Positions 1 to 14,069 are shown, numbered from the stretch's first letter. The stretch: DNA of 64,000 nt from the human T2T-CHM13v2.0 reference genome, Homo sapiens (GCF_009914755.1 NC_060947.1), one strand, 5' to 3'. Notes: generated by a model not told the origin, from the letters alone. Numbers and translations are program-made.

Positions 1-424
1 GGACCAAGTGAAATCACCATGTTCTTATATTTACCCATAGCATTTCTTTTTTATTTTTATGAGCTCCTTCTTTTGCTGAATGAATAACTATTTCAGCACA
101 CTAAAAAATTGTGCCTTAGATGTCTTTCTAACAGTGCCTGTATATGGTAAGTGCTCAATAATTGCTTGATAAATAATATGCATTCTGCAGTTGAGGCAAA
201 AAAGAAATGACCCTTTTTTGGAATGAACCAAGAGAGACAGAACTGAAAAAGTGAGGAAGAAGGGAAAAATAATGAAGGAACAGAAGATGATGTCAGATAG
301 GACTTTTATCAATGTAAGTAAATATAATTCCTATATATTAATGAATGTGATATGTTACATTCATATTAAAAGTTTATTAACAAAACATCACCACAATGAA
401 TATAGTTGAGATTTTCCTTGCTAT

Positions 425-670
425 GTGATAGGTACTGGTCTAAGTGATTTTTATTTGTTAATTTTCTCATCTCAGCAATCCTATGAGGTAGGTGCTATTA
501 TTAACTCTATTTTTCAGATGAAGAAACTAAGGAAAAAAGAGAGTCAGTGTATAAAAAAGACAGTACAAAAAAAGTGTATAAAAAGAGAGTCCTACAGTAC
601 AGTACTGAGAGAAAATGAAAGAGTTGGATTTCCAACCCAGAAAGTTTGGCTTTGAGTCTGTCCTTTTAAC
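425..670 (-). mobile_element. MIR SINE fragment with rearranged interior
   Basis: MIR core in antisense: 'cctatgaggtaggtgctattattaactctatttttcagatgaagaaactaagg'. Confidence 0.75.
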
Positions 671-1496
671 CAAAATATTCTTAAACATCTGTCTATATTG
701 TCTCCATTTATATATACATTAACTGAATATTTTTTTAATGTCCCTTGAGTTAGAGAAATAATACTATTACCTATTCGACAGGAAGAAACATCAGACAGAA
801 ATGACGTGGCCTGATCACTCAGCTATTATATTGGCAGCAAAGCCTTTCTCTGGCATTACTTAATTCGTATTCTCACAGTAACAGCATTCTCCTATCCCTA
901 ATTCTCAGTGCTTTAGGCTATTTCCCAGGAACATGCTATATAGCTGGAAAGAGATATAAGTACAATTTGCCAGCATTAATAATAGGGATATTGCTCCTTG
1001 CATTTGCTACTTCTTTCTGTATCTGTCTACTTTTATTTTTTTTCTTATTCCCTAAACACTCTATCTCCATTGTGCTGATTTTTTGAAGATATTCATCTAT
1101 CTTGATTTTCCTTACTTTTTATTTTCTTTTTGCCTTGGAGTAGTGTTTCCTTTTCTTTTCATCCTGGAATAGATTATTGTCATTTCAAGGCCTCCCTTGT
1201 GAGTACTTTTTTCTCCTTTTTATTGCCATTCTTCAGCATTTTTACTGGTACTTATAACAGTTCTCCTTTTCTTGCTGGCTTCTGGCGTGGGTTTGTTGCT
1301 ATTTCTTGTTCTTTGATGTTTCGCATATCTGATTGTTCCCTTTCTCACCCCTGCTTTCTGCCACGTTTACCTCTTTGCTATTATTTGTTTCCTATTTTGA
1401 AGGTTGACAACTAAGGGGACAGTGTCATTCCTTAATGTGTTTCTCCAGCTTACTCATGAAATCAGCAGCAGCCTCCTTCACACATAAAACCAGTCC

Positions 1497-1757
1497 GGGA
1501 GGGCAAAGTGACTCACGTCTGTAATCCCAGCACTCCGAGAGGCCGAGATGGGCGGATCACTTAAGGCCAGGAGTTTGAGACCAAAGCAGGCAACATAAGG
1601 AGACCCCATTTCTACAAAAATGAGCCAGATGTGGTGGCGCAACTGTAGTCCTAGCTACTGGGGAAGCTGAGGTGGGAGGATCGCCGGAATACAGGAGTTC
1701 CAGGCTGCAGTGAGTTACGATGGTGCCACTGAAGCCTGGGAGACAGAGCGAGACCCC
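1497..1757 (+). mobile_element. AluJ body, interrupted near its 3' end by an LTR
   Basis: Diverged Alu dimer with J-type 'ggccaggagtttgagacc' and 'gggaggatcg...aggagttccaggctgcagtgag'; breaks off at 'gagacccc'. Confidence 0.9.
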
Positions 1758-2327
1758 TGATATAGTTTGAATATTTGTCCCTGCCATAATCTCATATTGA
1801 AATGTAATCCCCAATGTTTGTTTGTTTGTTTTTGAGACGGAATTTCACTCTTGTCACCCAGGCTGGAGTGCAGTGGAACGATCTCAGCTCACTGCAACGT
1901 CTGTCTCCCAAGTAGCTGAGATTACAGGCACCTGCCATCACGCCCGGTTAAGTTATTCCCAGTGTTGAAGGTGGGGCCTGGTGGGAGGTGATCGGAGCAT
2001 GCGGGTGGATTTCTCACGAGTGGTTTATCATCATCCCATTGGTGCTGTCTTCAGATGGTGAGTGTATTCTCATGAGATACGGTTGCTTAAAAGTGTTTGA
2101 CACCTCCCACCCTCTCTCTCATGTTCCTGCCCTGGCCACATGACATGCTTGCTCCCCCTTCATTTCCACCATGATTTTGAGCTTCCTGAGGCTTTCCCAG
2201 AAGCCGAGAAGATGCCAGCATTATGCTTCCTGTACAGCCTATGGAACTTTGAGCCAATTACTCTTTTCTTTAAAAATTACCTCATCTTGCGTATTTCTTT
2301 ATGGCAGTGTGAGAATTGACTAATACA
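1758..2327 (+). mobile_element. MST-family (MSTA/MSTB-like) ERVL-MaLR solo LTR
   Basis: Starts TGATATAGTTTG, ends GACTAATACA; internal MST motifs 'gtggggcctggtgggaggtga', 'gcttcctgaggc', 'tgcttcctgtacagcct'; 5-bp TSD acccc/gcccc. Confidence 0.88.
1819..1950 (-). mobile_element. 5'-truncated Alu right arm with internal deletion, inserted in the MST LTR
   Basis: (TTTG)n tail then 'tgagacggaatttcactcttgtcacccaggctggagtgcagtgg'; flanked by diverged duplication taatccccaatgtt / tattcccagtgtt. Confidence 0.85.
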
Positions 2328-2366
2328 GCCCCATCGCTAAAAAAAAAAAAAAATAAAAAAAAAAAA
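2328..2366 (+). mobile_element. 3' remnant and poly(A) tail of the interrupted AluJ
   Basis: 'gccccatcgct' plus A-rich tail continues the Alu end 'gagaccccatctct-A(n)'. Confidence 0.8.
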
Positions 2367-2979
2367 TGTCTAATCAAAGTTGGAAAGTGAACATTAGGGA
2401 AATACATATTTTGTATAAATAAATCCTTTGGACTCCCAGCTTCTTCCTTTGCCGATCAGCTTTAAGGGACAGTGGTTCTGTTTGACTTTTGAAAGGACAG
2501 AACAAGATCCTTATATATCACATTTCTGCTATCAATAGTTAAGAGTTTTTGCTATAAATTGAAAGTATCATGGACACATTCTTTAGTCAGCAGTCACTCC
2601 CTGTCATTAATTAGGTGTTGGAATGATGTTCTGAAATGCTGTTTAATTTCTATGAATTTCAAGTGGGATTGCCCAGCAAGTACATTGCCAGCATATGTAG
2701 TAAGTAGGTAATTTTCTTTTAAGATTATGAATGTTATTCTCAAAATTTTAGGTTGTTTTTATAAGGGACAGTGTACAGTTTGGGCTTTTGTGTTAATTGG
2801 AGGTTGACAAGGGAAAAAGGGATAGTTTTCCAGCATGCTTTCTAGGTTTTTCTAAATAGTACAAAGATGTTCAGGAGGAAGAAAATATTGCTATTTTAAA
2901 TGGAATATTTTCAACGCTAACTTAAGCATATCTCAGTATTTAAGCAGACATTTGGATATTTTCCTCATCTCAGACAATA

Positions 2980-3093
2980 ACTACTATGACCTTGAACAAA
3001 TCCCTCCATTTTCTGATTCTCAGTTTTCTCATCTATAAAATATGGGAATTGGACTAAATAACTTTGTTTCCATTTAGCTTTAGCACTCTATGA
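2980..3093 (+). mobile_element. MIR (MIR3/MIRc-like) fragment
   Basis: 'tgaccttgaacaaat...ctcagttttctcatctataaaat' core. Confidence 0.65.
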
Positions 3094-3499
3094 CTTTTAT
3101 CCATTTACTTACACAACACTACTCCTGAGAAACATACATTTATGCAATTATAGGGATAAACACCCAGGACTTCATTTAATAGATTTTCCTTATACCACCA
3201 CTGTACTGTACTGGTAACAGACACTTTCCCCTGTATAAGTAAGCTATCCTGCAGATGCTAATGGGGTGACCCCAAAAGGCCAACAGAAATTAAAGAAACT
3301 TGGCAAAAATAAACAAACAAAAAACTAGCCGTGGCATACAGATTAAGTATATTTACACCAAGTTATGATTTTTTTAGTGACTTCCCCATTTAAAGTTACT
3401 GATATATACGTGTGTGTATATATATACAATATACAAAATCATCAGTATATTTTCCCCTAGATAATAATTGTTAAGTATAATTCAATAATTGTTACATGC

Positions 3500-3690
3500 T
3501 GTATACATTTTAAGTGATATAAATCTTTCCAACAAACCTAAAATGTAAGTAGTTCTTTTCCTAATTTCCAAAATTAAGAGAGGCAGAGTTAAGCAACTTG
3601 CCTAAGGTCACAGTCCTTAAATAGCAGCACTGAGATTCGAACTCAGCAAACAGCCTGGCTCCAGAACCCATGCGTCTGATAACTGCTTCT
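3500..3690 (-). mobile_element. MIR fragment
   Basis: 'agagttaagcaacttgcctaaggtcacag...gagattcgaactcag...ctggctccagaaccca'. Confidence 0.7.
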
Positions 3691-4468
3691 TATAATATGG
3701 TTGTGTTCATCCATTTTCTTGTTCATCTATTGTGAGGTTGCCAGCGTGATTTCTTCAAAGGCCTGCTGGAGTCAGGAATATGTCCCTAGGTCACAGAGCT
3801 CAGCAAATTTTAGTAGCCTAAAACTTGACTCAATTCTCCTGAGCGGTACTCTCAGTGTGACCTCGCTACTGGTCAAAAGTTGTAAACGAGCAGTTACATA
3901 TTTTTTGCTGCTCTCACCAATACATGTCTTGCTATGTATGGCCAAACGGGTTGACTTGTGCACTCAAAATGCAAAAAAGTACTATAAATATAGAGTAGAA
4001 ATGGAAATTGGCGACATAATATGACAATTTAAAAATTTAAAATATCTGATTTTCACAAGTCTTAAGAGCCTCAGTGATATTCAGTATGATTGGAGAGTTT
4101 GAATTGTGTAAACTTTATTAAGAGACTAGCTAGAAACTCAGCAGAGTTTTCATGGATTGCATGACACTACTTTCATTTTCTTTGCAGTCATCACACAAGT
4201 AAAATTTTATAGGTTCAACACACTCCACATACACCTAATTGCTCTCTAGGGTAGTAAAACAACCAAGCAGTGAATCCACAAAAACAGTTCAGTGAGTTTC
4301 ATTTAAACCATGCATACACTACCAAAAAGTGACTCACAGCAGAGGAAATTAATTTACTCGCCATGAAAACACAATTCTTAATGATCCCAACACTATGACA
4401 GTACCTAAAATTTCTTGTGTGTATATATTTGGACACACATGTCCACACATTTTATAGCAAGAACATAA

Positions 4469-4861
<393 letters not shown>

Positions 4862-5789
4862 TAAATTGGTGAAAATGCCAACCATTCAATTTTTACTTTG
4901 AATAATCAAAACTGAAGTGATTCAAGTAGTGATTCATCATCCAGTGTAATCTAGCACAGCAATGGAGATTTTGTGTGAAACATACCAAAGGAAAGGTTTG
5001 GGGTTTTTAATTGCGTAATTGACTAATTCTTGGGCACCTCCTTCCCTCAATCAAAGATACATCATCTGAATAGTTCACAGCCTCCCCCGAATAAATGAAA
5101 GTGACAGGCTCTGTATTTCTTAATTTGACGCCTTTCAAAGATAAGGTTAATGGAATTAAGTAACCATAAAGATTATTGTAAATTAAATGTTATATCCTTA
5201 GATGTCTGAGTTAATTTAATGCATTTCAATAAATATGAGGTTAGGAAACATAAAAAGGAAAATTTATGGTACTAATTTAAATGGTACCTTTCCACATCTC
5301 TTGTGCGTGCTAAAGCATAGGCTTTTATGTTTGTCAACTCACAAATATTGTTGCAGGGAAGAGATAGAGGTCCCAAGTTGTCTTAAGAATATGGAGTCAG
5401 ATGTTCAGTATGATTTTAGGAACAGCCATATGAAATGAAATAGTCATAGCTATGAACTATTGTTAAACATCAATAGAGGGAGGGTACATAAATAGAAGTT
5501 AATCACAAGTAAAATAACCTAACAGTGATTATTTTTATTATCATAATCATCAAGGTTAGATTTACAGAGCAAAACAAATGCTTTTCTATGTTGGTTTAGT
5601 GAGTATTTTCACAGCTATATGTATTTTAGTTTTTCTTTAAATTTTTATATATATTAACTAGAACATAATACAAACTTCACTTTGGTACTAGAATTACATT
5701 TTTAAAACCATTAACGTTATAATTTTTACAAGGAGAAAGGTAATGTTTTGTGATGATTATTATATTATTATCAATATTGGTTATCTCAG

Positions 5790-5965
5790 AAACTGTGCTT
5801 AATACTTTTCTCATGGCAACTTATGAAGTCTTTATTATAATCATTTTATTTATAAGGCAATTGAGTCTTAGAAAGGTTAAATAGATAGTATAAGGTCATC
5901 CTTCTAGAAAATGAGTGACAAATTTAAACTTAGATGATTTCTAAGCTTATTCTTTTGACTGTAGC
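5790..5965 (-). mobile_element. MIR fragment (eroded)
   Basis: 'ttgagtcttagaaaggttaaatag...aaggtca' resembles the antisense MIR core. Confidence 0.5.
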
Positions 5966-6644
5966 ATTATATTATGTTCCTGTAGTTACAGAATAATATA
6001 ACACAGTGTCCAAAAACTAGAAATCATTTTATTCCCTTATTTAGGGTAGAGGGCTGATAATAACCTTGGCAATAAAAAAACCCAAAACCTACTGTCACAG
6101 TTCTTACTGTTGATGGTTTTAATAAAAGAAAAAATGTCTTTGAGGTTTTCCTTTTATGTGGCATCTGGTATTTGCCTATATCCATGATCTATTTACAGCC
6201 TCTTTGAAAATTAACCGAATGATATTAATAGATAGTTTATTTTATATAGCGTTAACTCCTCCTAACTTTGTACACATTTCTCTGCATAATTTGAAGAATA
6301 AGAACAGAGGAAATCAACACCGATAATACAGGGAAAAAAATACAGTTTTTTTTAAACCAAGCAAGAAAATGCAATCTGATGCCAAAACAAATAAATATGA
6401 AGACCAGAGAAAAATCTGATATCCAAAGACTGGAATCTAAAGTAAATGATGAAGATATTAGCAATCTGTTTTCTGTTAAATGGATTCTTCTTTGTTACCT
6501 TTGCACACAGCATACATTCAAAATATTAGAAAAAAATCAAGTTTCAACTGTGGTTTGCTTTATTGGCAGTAATGTGAAGGATCAAGTACTCAAATAATTT
6601 AAGCAAATTTTAGAAATAAGAGGTTGTCTAATCAAAACACAACC

Positions 6645-7065
6645 TAGAAAGACAAATATTGCATGTTCTCACGCGTATGTGGGAGCTAAAAAATTGATCT
6701 CATGGAGGTAGAAAGTGGAATGATTGTTACCAGAGGCTGGGAAGGGTAGTGGGGAGGGGGTGATGAAGAGGGGCTTGTTTAATGAGTATAAAAATACAGT
6801 TAGCTAGTAGGAATAAAATCTAGTGTTCTGTACCACAATAGGGTGATTATAGTTAACAATAATTAATTGTTTATTTCAAATTAACCGGAGGAGTAGACTT
6901 GGAATGTTCCCAACACAAATAAATGATAAATGTTTGAGGTAATGAATATTCCAATTATCCTGATTTGATTATTACAGATTGTATGCCTGTATCAAAATAT
7001 CACATGTATTTCATAAATATGTACAACTCTTACGTACCCACAATAATTAAAAAGAAGAAAGAAAA
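6645..7065 (+). mobile_element. L1MA-type LINE-1 3' end
   Basis: 'gaaagacaaatattgcatgttctcac...gtgggagctaaaaa...ttaccagaggctgggaaggg...cctgatttgattattaca...tcaaaatatcacatgta' followed by an A-rich tail. Confidence 0.88.
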
Positions 7066-7699
7066 ACAAAACATATCACAAAGGATGACGTAGCTTGATT
7101 GATGAATTAATAGTGTATGCAACTAAGATGATTGGAGAGTGTAGACCTTAGTCCATGAAAGGAAAATCAGAGTTTTCACAGAGAGCAAAAGGGTGATTCT
7201 ATCCTGTCTTTGGATTTCTCTCCAGCCATAGATGCACACGCTCGCTACCTTTGCATACCTTACTCCACCATCTAAAAAGTTTCCTTTTATTTCAATACCA
7301 CTGGAAAACCCACCATTTCCTTCATCATAGATTAAGAAAGAGTGGGTTTTTCTGAAGTTCCAACTACCATTGTTAATGCTTTCAATCTATTGTCTATTTT
7401 CCATGCTTATGATTGTGTCAGCCCATGTGTAACTAACTCTTACCAAGTTGAAATACGTTCACTAAGGTTCTTTTTTGCATAAGACCTGTATAGAATAGCT
7501 ATATATTGAGGAATTAATAGAACAGCAATATTTTTTATATACCAACCACGAGTGAGATACTATACTAGGTGTTATTCATGTATTTTTGTAACTTCACAAT
7601 AATCCTCCATGTTAGTTATTTCATATATGAGAAAACATGGGAAGGCTCCTTCCAGGCTATCTTGCTAACTATAACCCTAGCATTTCTAAACACAAAATA

Positions 7700-7980
7700 T
7701 AAGAAATTCAGTGTCTTAGCACTGGCTATTCTTTCCTTCTGGAAGGTTCTTCCTCAGTTTTTACATGACTGGTTCCTCTAGACAGTCATATCTCAGCTGA
7801 CATGCCTCTTCAGCAAAGATTCTCTTTACTACTGAAGCTGGAATAACTACCCAATCACTCACTATCTCAACTCAGTTTGTTCTCAATGCAACACTTTTAT
7901 CTGATATGTTTCTTGTTTATTTATCACAAGAGACATAATTTCTTTTTCAGAAATGTAGGCTCTGTGGGAGCAGGGAAATA
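7700..7980 (+). mobile_element. L2 3' fragment
   Basis: Pyrimidine-rich L2 3' pattern ending 'agaaatgtaggctctgtgggagcaggga'. Confidence 0.6.
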
Positions 7981-8234
7981 TATATAAGATCCAATTACAA
8001 CTCAACAATAGATAAGTCACTTCCATCATTGAAGATCTGAGTTTCATCATCTATAAAGTAAGATAATATTTATCAGATATGGTTATCATATAATGTATTT
8101 ATATAATACTAAATATATATATATATATACAGTAATGTCCAGTAGAAAGTATGCTGAACAATTAGTGTTCTGTAAACAAATTTTTTAAGTGCACTATTCT
8201 GAAATATACCGGTCTCTCATCCTTCTCATTTTAT

Positions 8235-8830
<596 letters not shown>

Positions 8831-8894
8831 AAAAAATTTCATAATTTTTAAATTTTTATAAGTTGAAGGTATTAACAAGTTAATAATAAAATAC

Positions 8895-9095
8895 TTCTTG
8901 AGAGCTAACTCAGGGTTAGCTGCTTTATATTTCTTCATGCTTTAGCTCATATAATCATTATAACAGAGAAGGTAGTTTCTATTACAATCTTTCTACAGAT
9001 GCAAATGGAAAAACTGAGGCACACGAGTTTAAGAAACTCCCAGAACTACACAGTTAAAAAATGTAGAAGTCAGGATTCCAAGTCGGGCTTTTCAG
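8895..9095 (-). mobile_element. MIR fragment
   Basis: 'ttctacagatg...aaactgaggcacacgagtttaagaaactcccaga...ggattccaagtc'. Confidence 0.6.
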
Positions 9096-9280
9096 TTTTC
9101 CTGTGTTTGCCAGCTCTCACCTGAGTATTGTGTTACTAGTAGAGGGACGTGCTCACAGTCGCCCCTATGAGGGGTATTTGGATGCAGATAATTAACATCA
9201 TTTCAATCCACAAAAATAGGCTTAGTCCTCAATAAGTAAGGAATCAAGGTGAGGGCACTGCAGAGTTAGTATTTTGTTGA

Positions 9281-9593
<313 letters not shown>

Positions 9594-11321
9594 AATAAAT
9601 CTTAAAATATTCTTCCTGCTCTCCTTTCTTTTGTCTGTTATTTCCCTGGATATCTACTGTGAAATACTGTGGTCTCACATACAAACCAGGAAAAATGAGA
9701 GGGAGGTGCATTTTATCTCAAATACAGAACTTCTAATAAAACAGAGTTATTTTAAATGTATAGGGGGATCAAAATACATAAACATAAACACTTGATTATT
9801 TGATTTAGCATTACATTCATTGTATTCATTGCATGCATTTTATTCTGCTGGCAATCAAAATTAGTTCCAGAAGAAGGTCCGGAATGGCAGTTGACACATT
9901 CCCCTGCTCAATAGCCCTGATATTTATAATTATGATTTGAATACATTTTACTGGGCTAGTAAATATTAAAGCAAATTTTTAGAAATGATGAAAAAATTAA
10001 TTTAAGCATTTTTTGTCTCTAAATTTACAAACAACAAACATGCAATTTTCTAAGTAGAATAACACACACCAGGGAGTAATGATATTTGAAATGACTGTGA
10101 ATTTTGGTCTCTGGATGTTCTTGGCTTTTGGTCATATGATTCACTACACCTTCTAGGCATGTAATTATCTCTTAACACCTCACATCCTGTCATACAGTAT
10201 GCCATTCCTTAAATGAGAATTGGTCTCGAGTATCATTGTATATTTAGATCTTAATAATTTTAATAGAAACATCAACCAGTAATTTCTGAAGGGCAAAATA
10301 TATAAATTTTATCACTTAAAATATATCTTTTCTTTAATAAAATCTAGCTCTTAAAATTCTATTCAGACCTAGAATGATCCTTTAAGATCATTTAACTCCT
10401 ATAATTAAATTGCAAAATTTGAAATATGTTCAACTTAAAATTCAACCTAAAACTCAAAGCTGTATTTTAAAGTTCATGTTGCACTTGTTTTACTGCATCT
10501 GCCAGAGAATGCACCACAAAATCCTTTATAGATATTCAGATGAATCTCTCTACCAGAAATGAAGAAGGAACGCTGCTAATCTTGGGCTTTCATTGGTTTG
10601 ATTACCATTTCAACTCTAAATGGCTGCATGATAATTAGTGGGTGTGGAATAACCAGTACTGCTCAAGAAGCAATTGCCTTTACTGAAAAACAAAGTTTCG
10701 AAAGAAGCACAGTAAACTCCAAGAGACAATCAATTCAATCTTACACACCTCCCTGCCATAGTTTTAAATGGAGCAGATGTGCTAAAAGCCAGTGAGAAGA
10801 CGGTTGATATTTCTTAGGGTTCAAACAGAAATAGAATATCCAGCACTTGACTGCCCATATTTTTCACAATGATTTATTGCAGTAAATAGTCTACACGAGC
10901 GTCCCAGTTTTGGACTTTTTCCCTATCAGTCAGGTTTTTAAAGCCTTAAAGTAGAGTTAAATTAAATAAAAGAAGGGATGGCTTTTATCTAAAAGTTAGA
11001 GAACGAACAAGAATGTTTTCTAGATATTAAAGTAAATTCATTTATAATTATGCCATATTCAGATGGATGCCATTCCTATATATTAAATGTTCATGATTTT
11101 AAAGGTCATTGGACAAAAACACTATGAATAATAAAAAATTAGAAAAAATGTGAAAAATAATGAATGGAATTATAGTAGAATCTATTTTAATGGATCTCCA
11201 TTTAACTGAATCATTAGATTAACCAAAGCTCTCCATTCCCTTTGTTAGATTTACTATGGATCAAGATGACCTGCTGAAAAACCTTAACTAGAAATCTCTC
11301 TATGAGAGATAAATCGTATGC

Positions 11322-12426
11322 TTTGGCGGATTAAAGATAGCTGCGAATTTTTTTGACATTTCTTCACTGGGGAGGTAAAGTCTTTGTTTCCTCCCTTGAA
11401 TTTGGGTGGGTTCTGTGGCTGCTCTAATAGAATGCAGTAGAATAGTGGTCCCCAGCCTTTTTGGCACCAGAGACTGGGGTTTGATGGATGACAATTTTCC
11501 CACAGACTGGGGTTAGTGGGGGGGAGGTGAGGGATAGTGTTAAGATAATTGGAGACTATTTCATTTATCATGCACTTTATTTCTATTATTATTATTACAT
11601 TGTATTATATAATAAAATAATTATGTAACTCACCATATCATAGAATCAGTGGGAGCCCTGAGCTTTCTTTCCTGCAACTAGACGGTCCCATCTGGGCATG
11701 ACGGGAGACAGTGACACATCATCAGTCACTAGATTGCCTGATACTCCTCATAAAGAGTATGCGACCTAGATCTCTCACATGTGCAGTTCACAATAGGGTT
11801 GTGCTCCTGAGACTCTAAAGCCATTGCTGATCTGACAGGAGGCAGGGTTCAGGCAGTAATGCCAGCAATGGGAAGTGGCTGTAAATACAGATGAAGCTTC
11901 ACTGGCTCACCGCTCGCCTCCTGCTGTGCAGCTGGGTTCCTCACAGGCCACAGATGGGTACCGGTGTGTGGCCCAGGGGTTGGGGACCCCTGCAGTGAAA
12001 GAGCTGCTGTTCTAGTTTCCAGGGTTAGGCCTGAAGATACCAGAAACTTATATTTTCCGTCTTTTGTATCATTCACTCTAGAACCCTGAGCTCCCATGTG
12101 ATAAGTTCAACAATCCTGGGTCTACCATGCTGAAGAGGCCACATGTAGGTACTAGAGTCAATAGATCTAGTTGACCCAAGTCTCCCTGTCGTCTCCACCA
12201 AAGCAACATACATATGAGTACAGCTGTCTTGGATTCTGCTGACCAGCTCATCTGCCAGCTGAGTATCATTTAGGGATCAAGTTGATACCACATAGAGTGG
12301 AAAATCACCCAGTTGACCCACGCTCAAATTTATGACCCACAAAATCATGAGCTATAAAAAGTGACTGGTGTTTTAAGCTATTAAGTTTTATAATAAATTG
12401 TTACTCAGCAATAGATAACCGGAACA
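11322..12426 (+). mobile_element. MLT1 (G/H-like) MaLR LTR, split by MER1A
   Basis: 5' 'ggcggattaaagatagctgc...cccttgaatttgggtggg'; 3' 'gttttaagctattaagtttt...ttgttactcagcaatagataaccggaaca'. Confidence 0.8.
11443..11992 (+). mobile_element. MER1A hAT-Charlie non-autonomous DNA transposon
   Basis: TIRs tagtggtcccca...tggggacccctg; internal 'tagaatcagtgggagccctgagct...cctgcaactagacggtcccatctggg'; diverged 8-bp TSD cagtagaa/cagtgaaa. Confidence 0.88.
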
Positions 12427-12768
12427 TAGCAAGAATCAACTGTGATTGTTCCCATTCCTGCTCATGTAATGATCTAATATAATTATATACTACATAATTT
12501 GATGATACATGACTATAAAATAAAGAGATGCGTTCTTTCTAAAAAATACAAATTATCAGTAAAAATTAGCTGAAGAATAAACAGGCCTTTGGGAGAGGGA
12601 TATTAGAAAAGTATTGAAGGAATCCCCTCTTAAATTGTTTTGCAAATGTCTCTGTGTTCTTTCTCTACTGCACAGAAACGAAAACGTACAAGTCTCTAAT
12701 CTGTACCACCAAATCCTCTTGATTTTATGATCTCTTACTACTTTCTTCCTTATAAAAGTCACAGTCTT

Positions 12769-13065
12769 TTTTTTTTTTTTTTTGAGAGGGAGTCTCACTC
12801 TGTTGCCCAGGCTGGAGTGCAGTGGCGTGATCTCGGCTCACTGCAACCTCTGCCTTCAGTTTCAAGGGATTCTCCTGCCTCAGCCTCCTGAGTAGCTGGG
12901 ATTACAGATGTGCACCACCACGCCCGGCTAATCTTTGTATGTTTAGTAGAGTTGGGGTTTCGCCATACTGGCCAGGTTGGTCTCGAACTCCTGACCTCAA
13001 GTGATCCGCCCGCCTCGGCCTCCCAAAAATGCTGGGATTACAGGTGGGAGCCACTGCGCCTGGCC
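12769..13065 (-). mobile_element. AluS (Sz/Sx-like)
   Basis: Full dimer; TSD agtcacagtctt. Confidence 0.95.
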
Positions 13066-14069
13066 AGTAGTCACAGTCTTAATTGCTATTCCTTGAACAC
13101 ACTCTCACCTGAGAGCCTTTTTTCCACTCATTCCCTTAACCTGGAACAATCTTCTCTATCTAGTTGGCTTCTTGTCTCGTTCTGATTTAACCTGCTCAGT
13201 GCAACTCATCATAACACATTATTTCATGCTCTTTTCCAGGCCCTAGTATTCCTGATTTCCCTTGCCCTACTACTTTTATTTTCCTTAGCACTTATATTTC
13301 ACTAACACACAACATAACTTATTAACCTACCAAATTACTGTCCTGATTGTGGGAAATCAGAGGGCTTTTACCCTGAAGCAAACCACAACAGAGAAATAGA
13401 CTATTTTGAAGCAAAGGTTTAGGAGATCACATATAGCTGTGAACAAAATATCAACATTTTAAAACTATATACCAGACTATTAAGAAGAACTCAAGGTTTT
13501 CAACAAGGGCAGTGATAAGGAGAGGTCAGCATGCTTTGCTATGTTATGCTGCCCTCTGGCATGGAGTTCAAATAGGCCAAGATAAAGCCCTGTTCATGTA
13601 TTTTTGAATGGATAAACAAAGTCCCTCTAGATGAGTACAGCGTTTGATTTTTAACTACACTATTTCAGGTAACCCAAAGCTTTTCTTGTCTGAAACATAT
13701 AAGTTATGACAGGTCTCTGGAACAAGTTATATCTAAATGCCAGAGTCAGGTAGTATAAGGCAAAAAGTATACAATCCATTTTTACTTGTGTCACCAAACA
13801 TCTCTTACATTTTAGCTGCTGACTTTTCACTAATGTATTAATACAGAATATTATTTCTGCTTTTCTTCAATTTAACTAAAGAACTGAATACTTACATTTA
13901 GTATCAAATTTCTATAATGTGTCATCTTTTAAAAATACAAAGGTAATTGAAAATATCAATTAAATCTGAATAGTGACTAGATTTTATTTAGATATGAGAG
14001 ATACATAAATACTATGGATACAAATCATGGTCTCTGCCTTCAGACAGCTGATGGCCCTGTGAACTTGTA

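Noticed and set aside
3701-4024. 107-aa ORF in unique DNA with AP-1/MAF-like motifs
   Set aside because: TTG start, no convincing splice boundaries or domain, and too few motifs to call an enhancer.
6739-6760. Canonical G-quadruplex motif GGGAAGGGTAGTGGGGAGGGGG
   Set aside because: It is the ordinary G-rich tract of the L1 3' UTR, already explained by the repeat.
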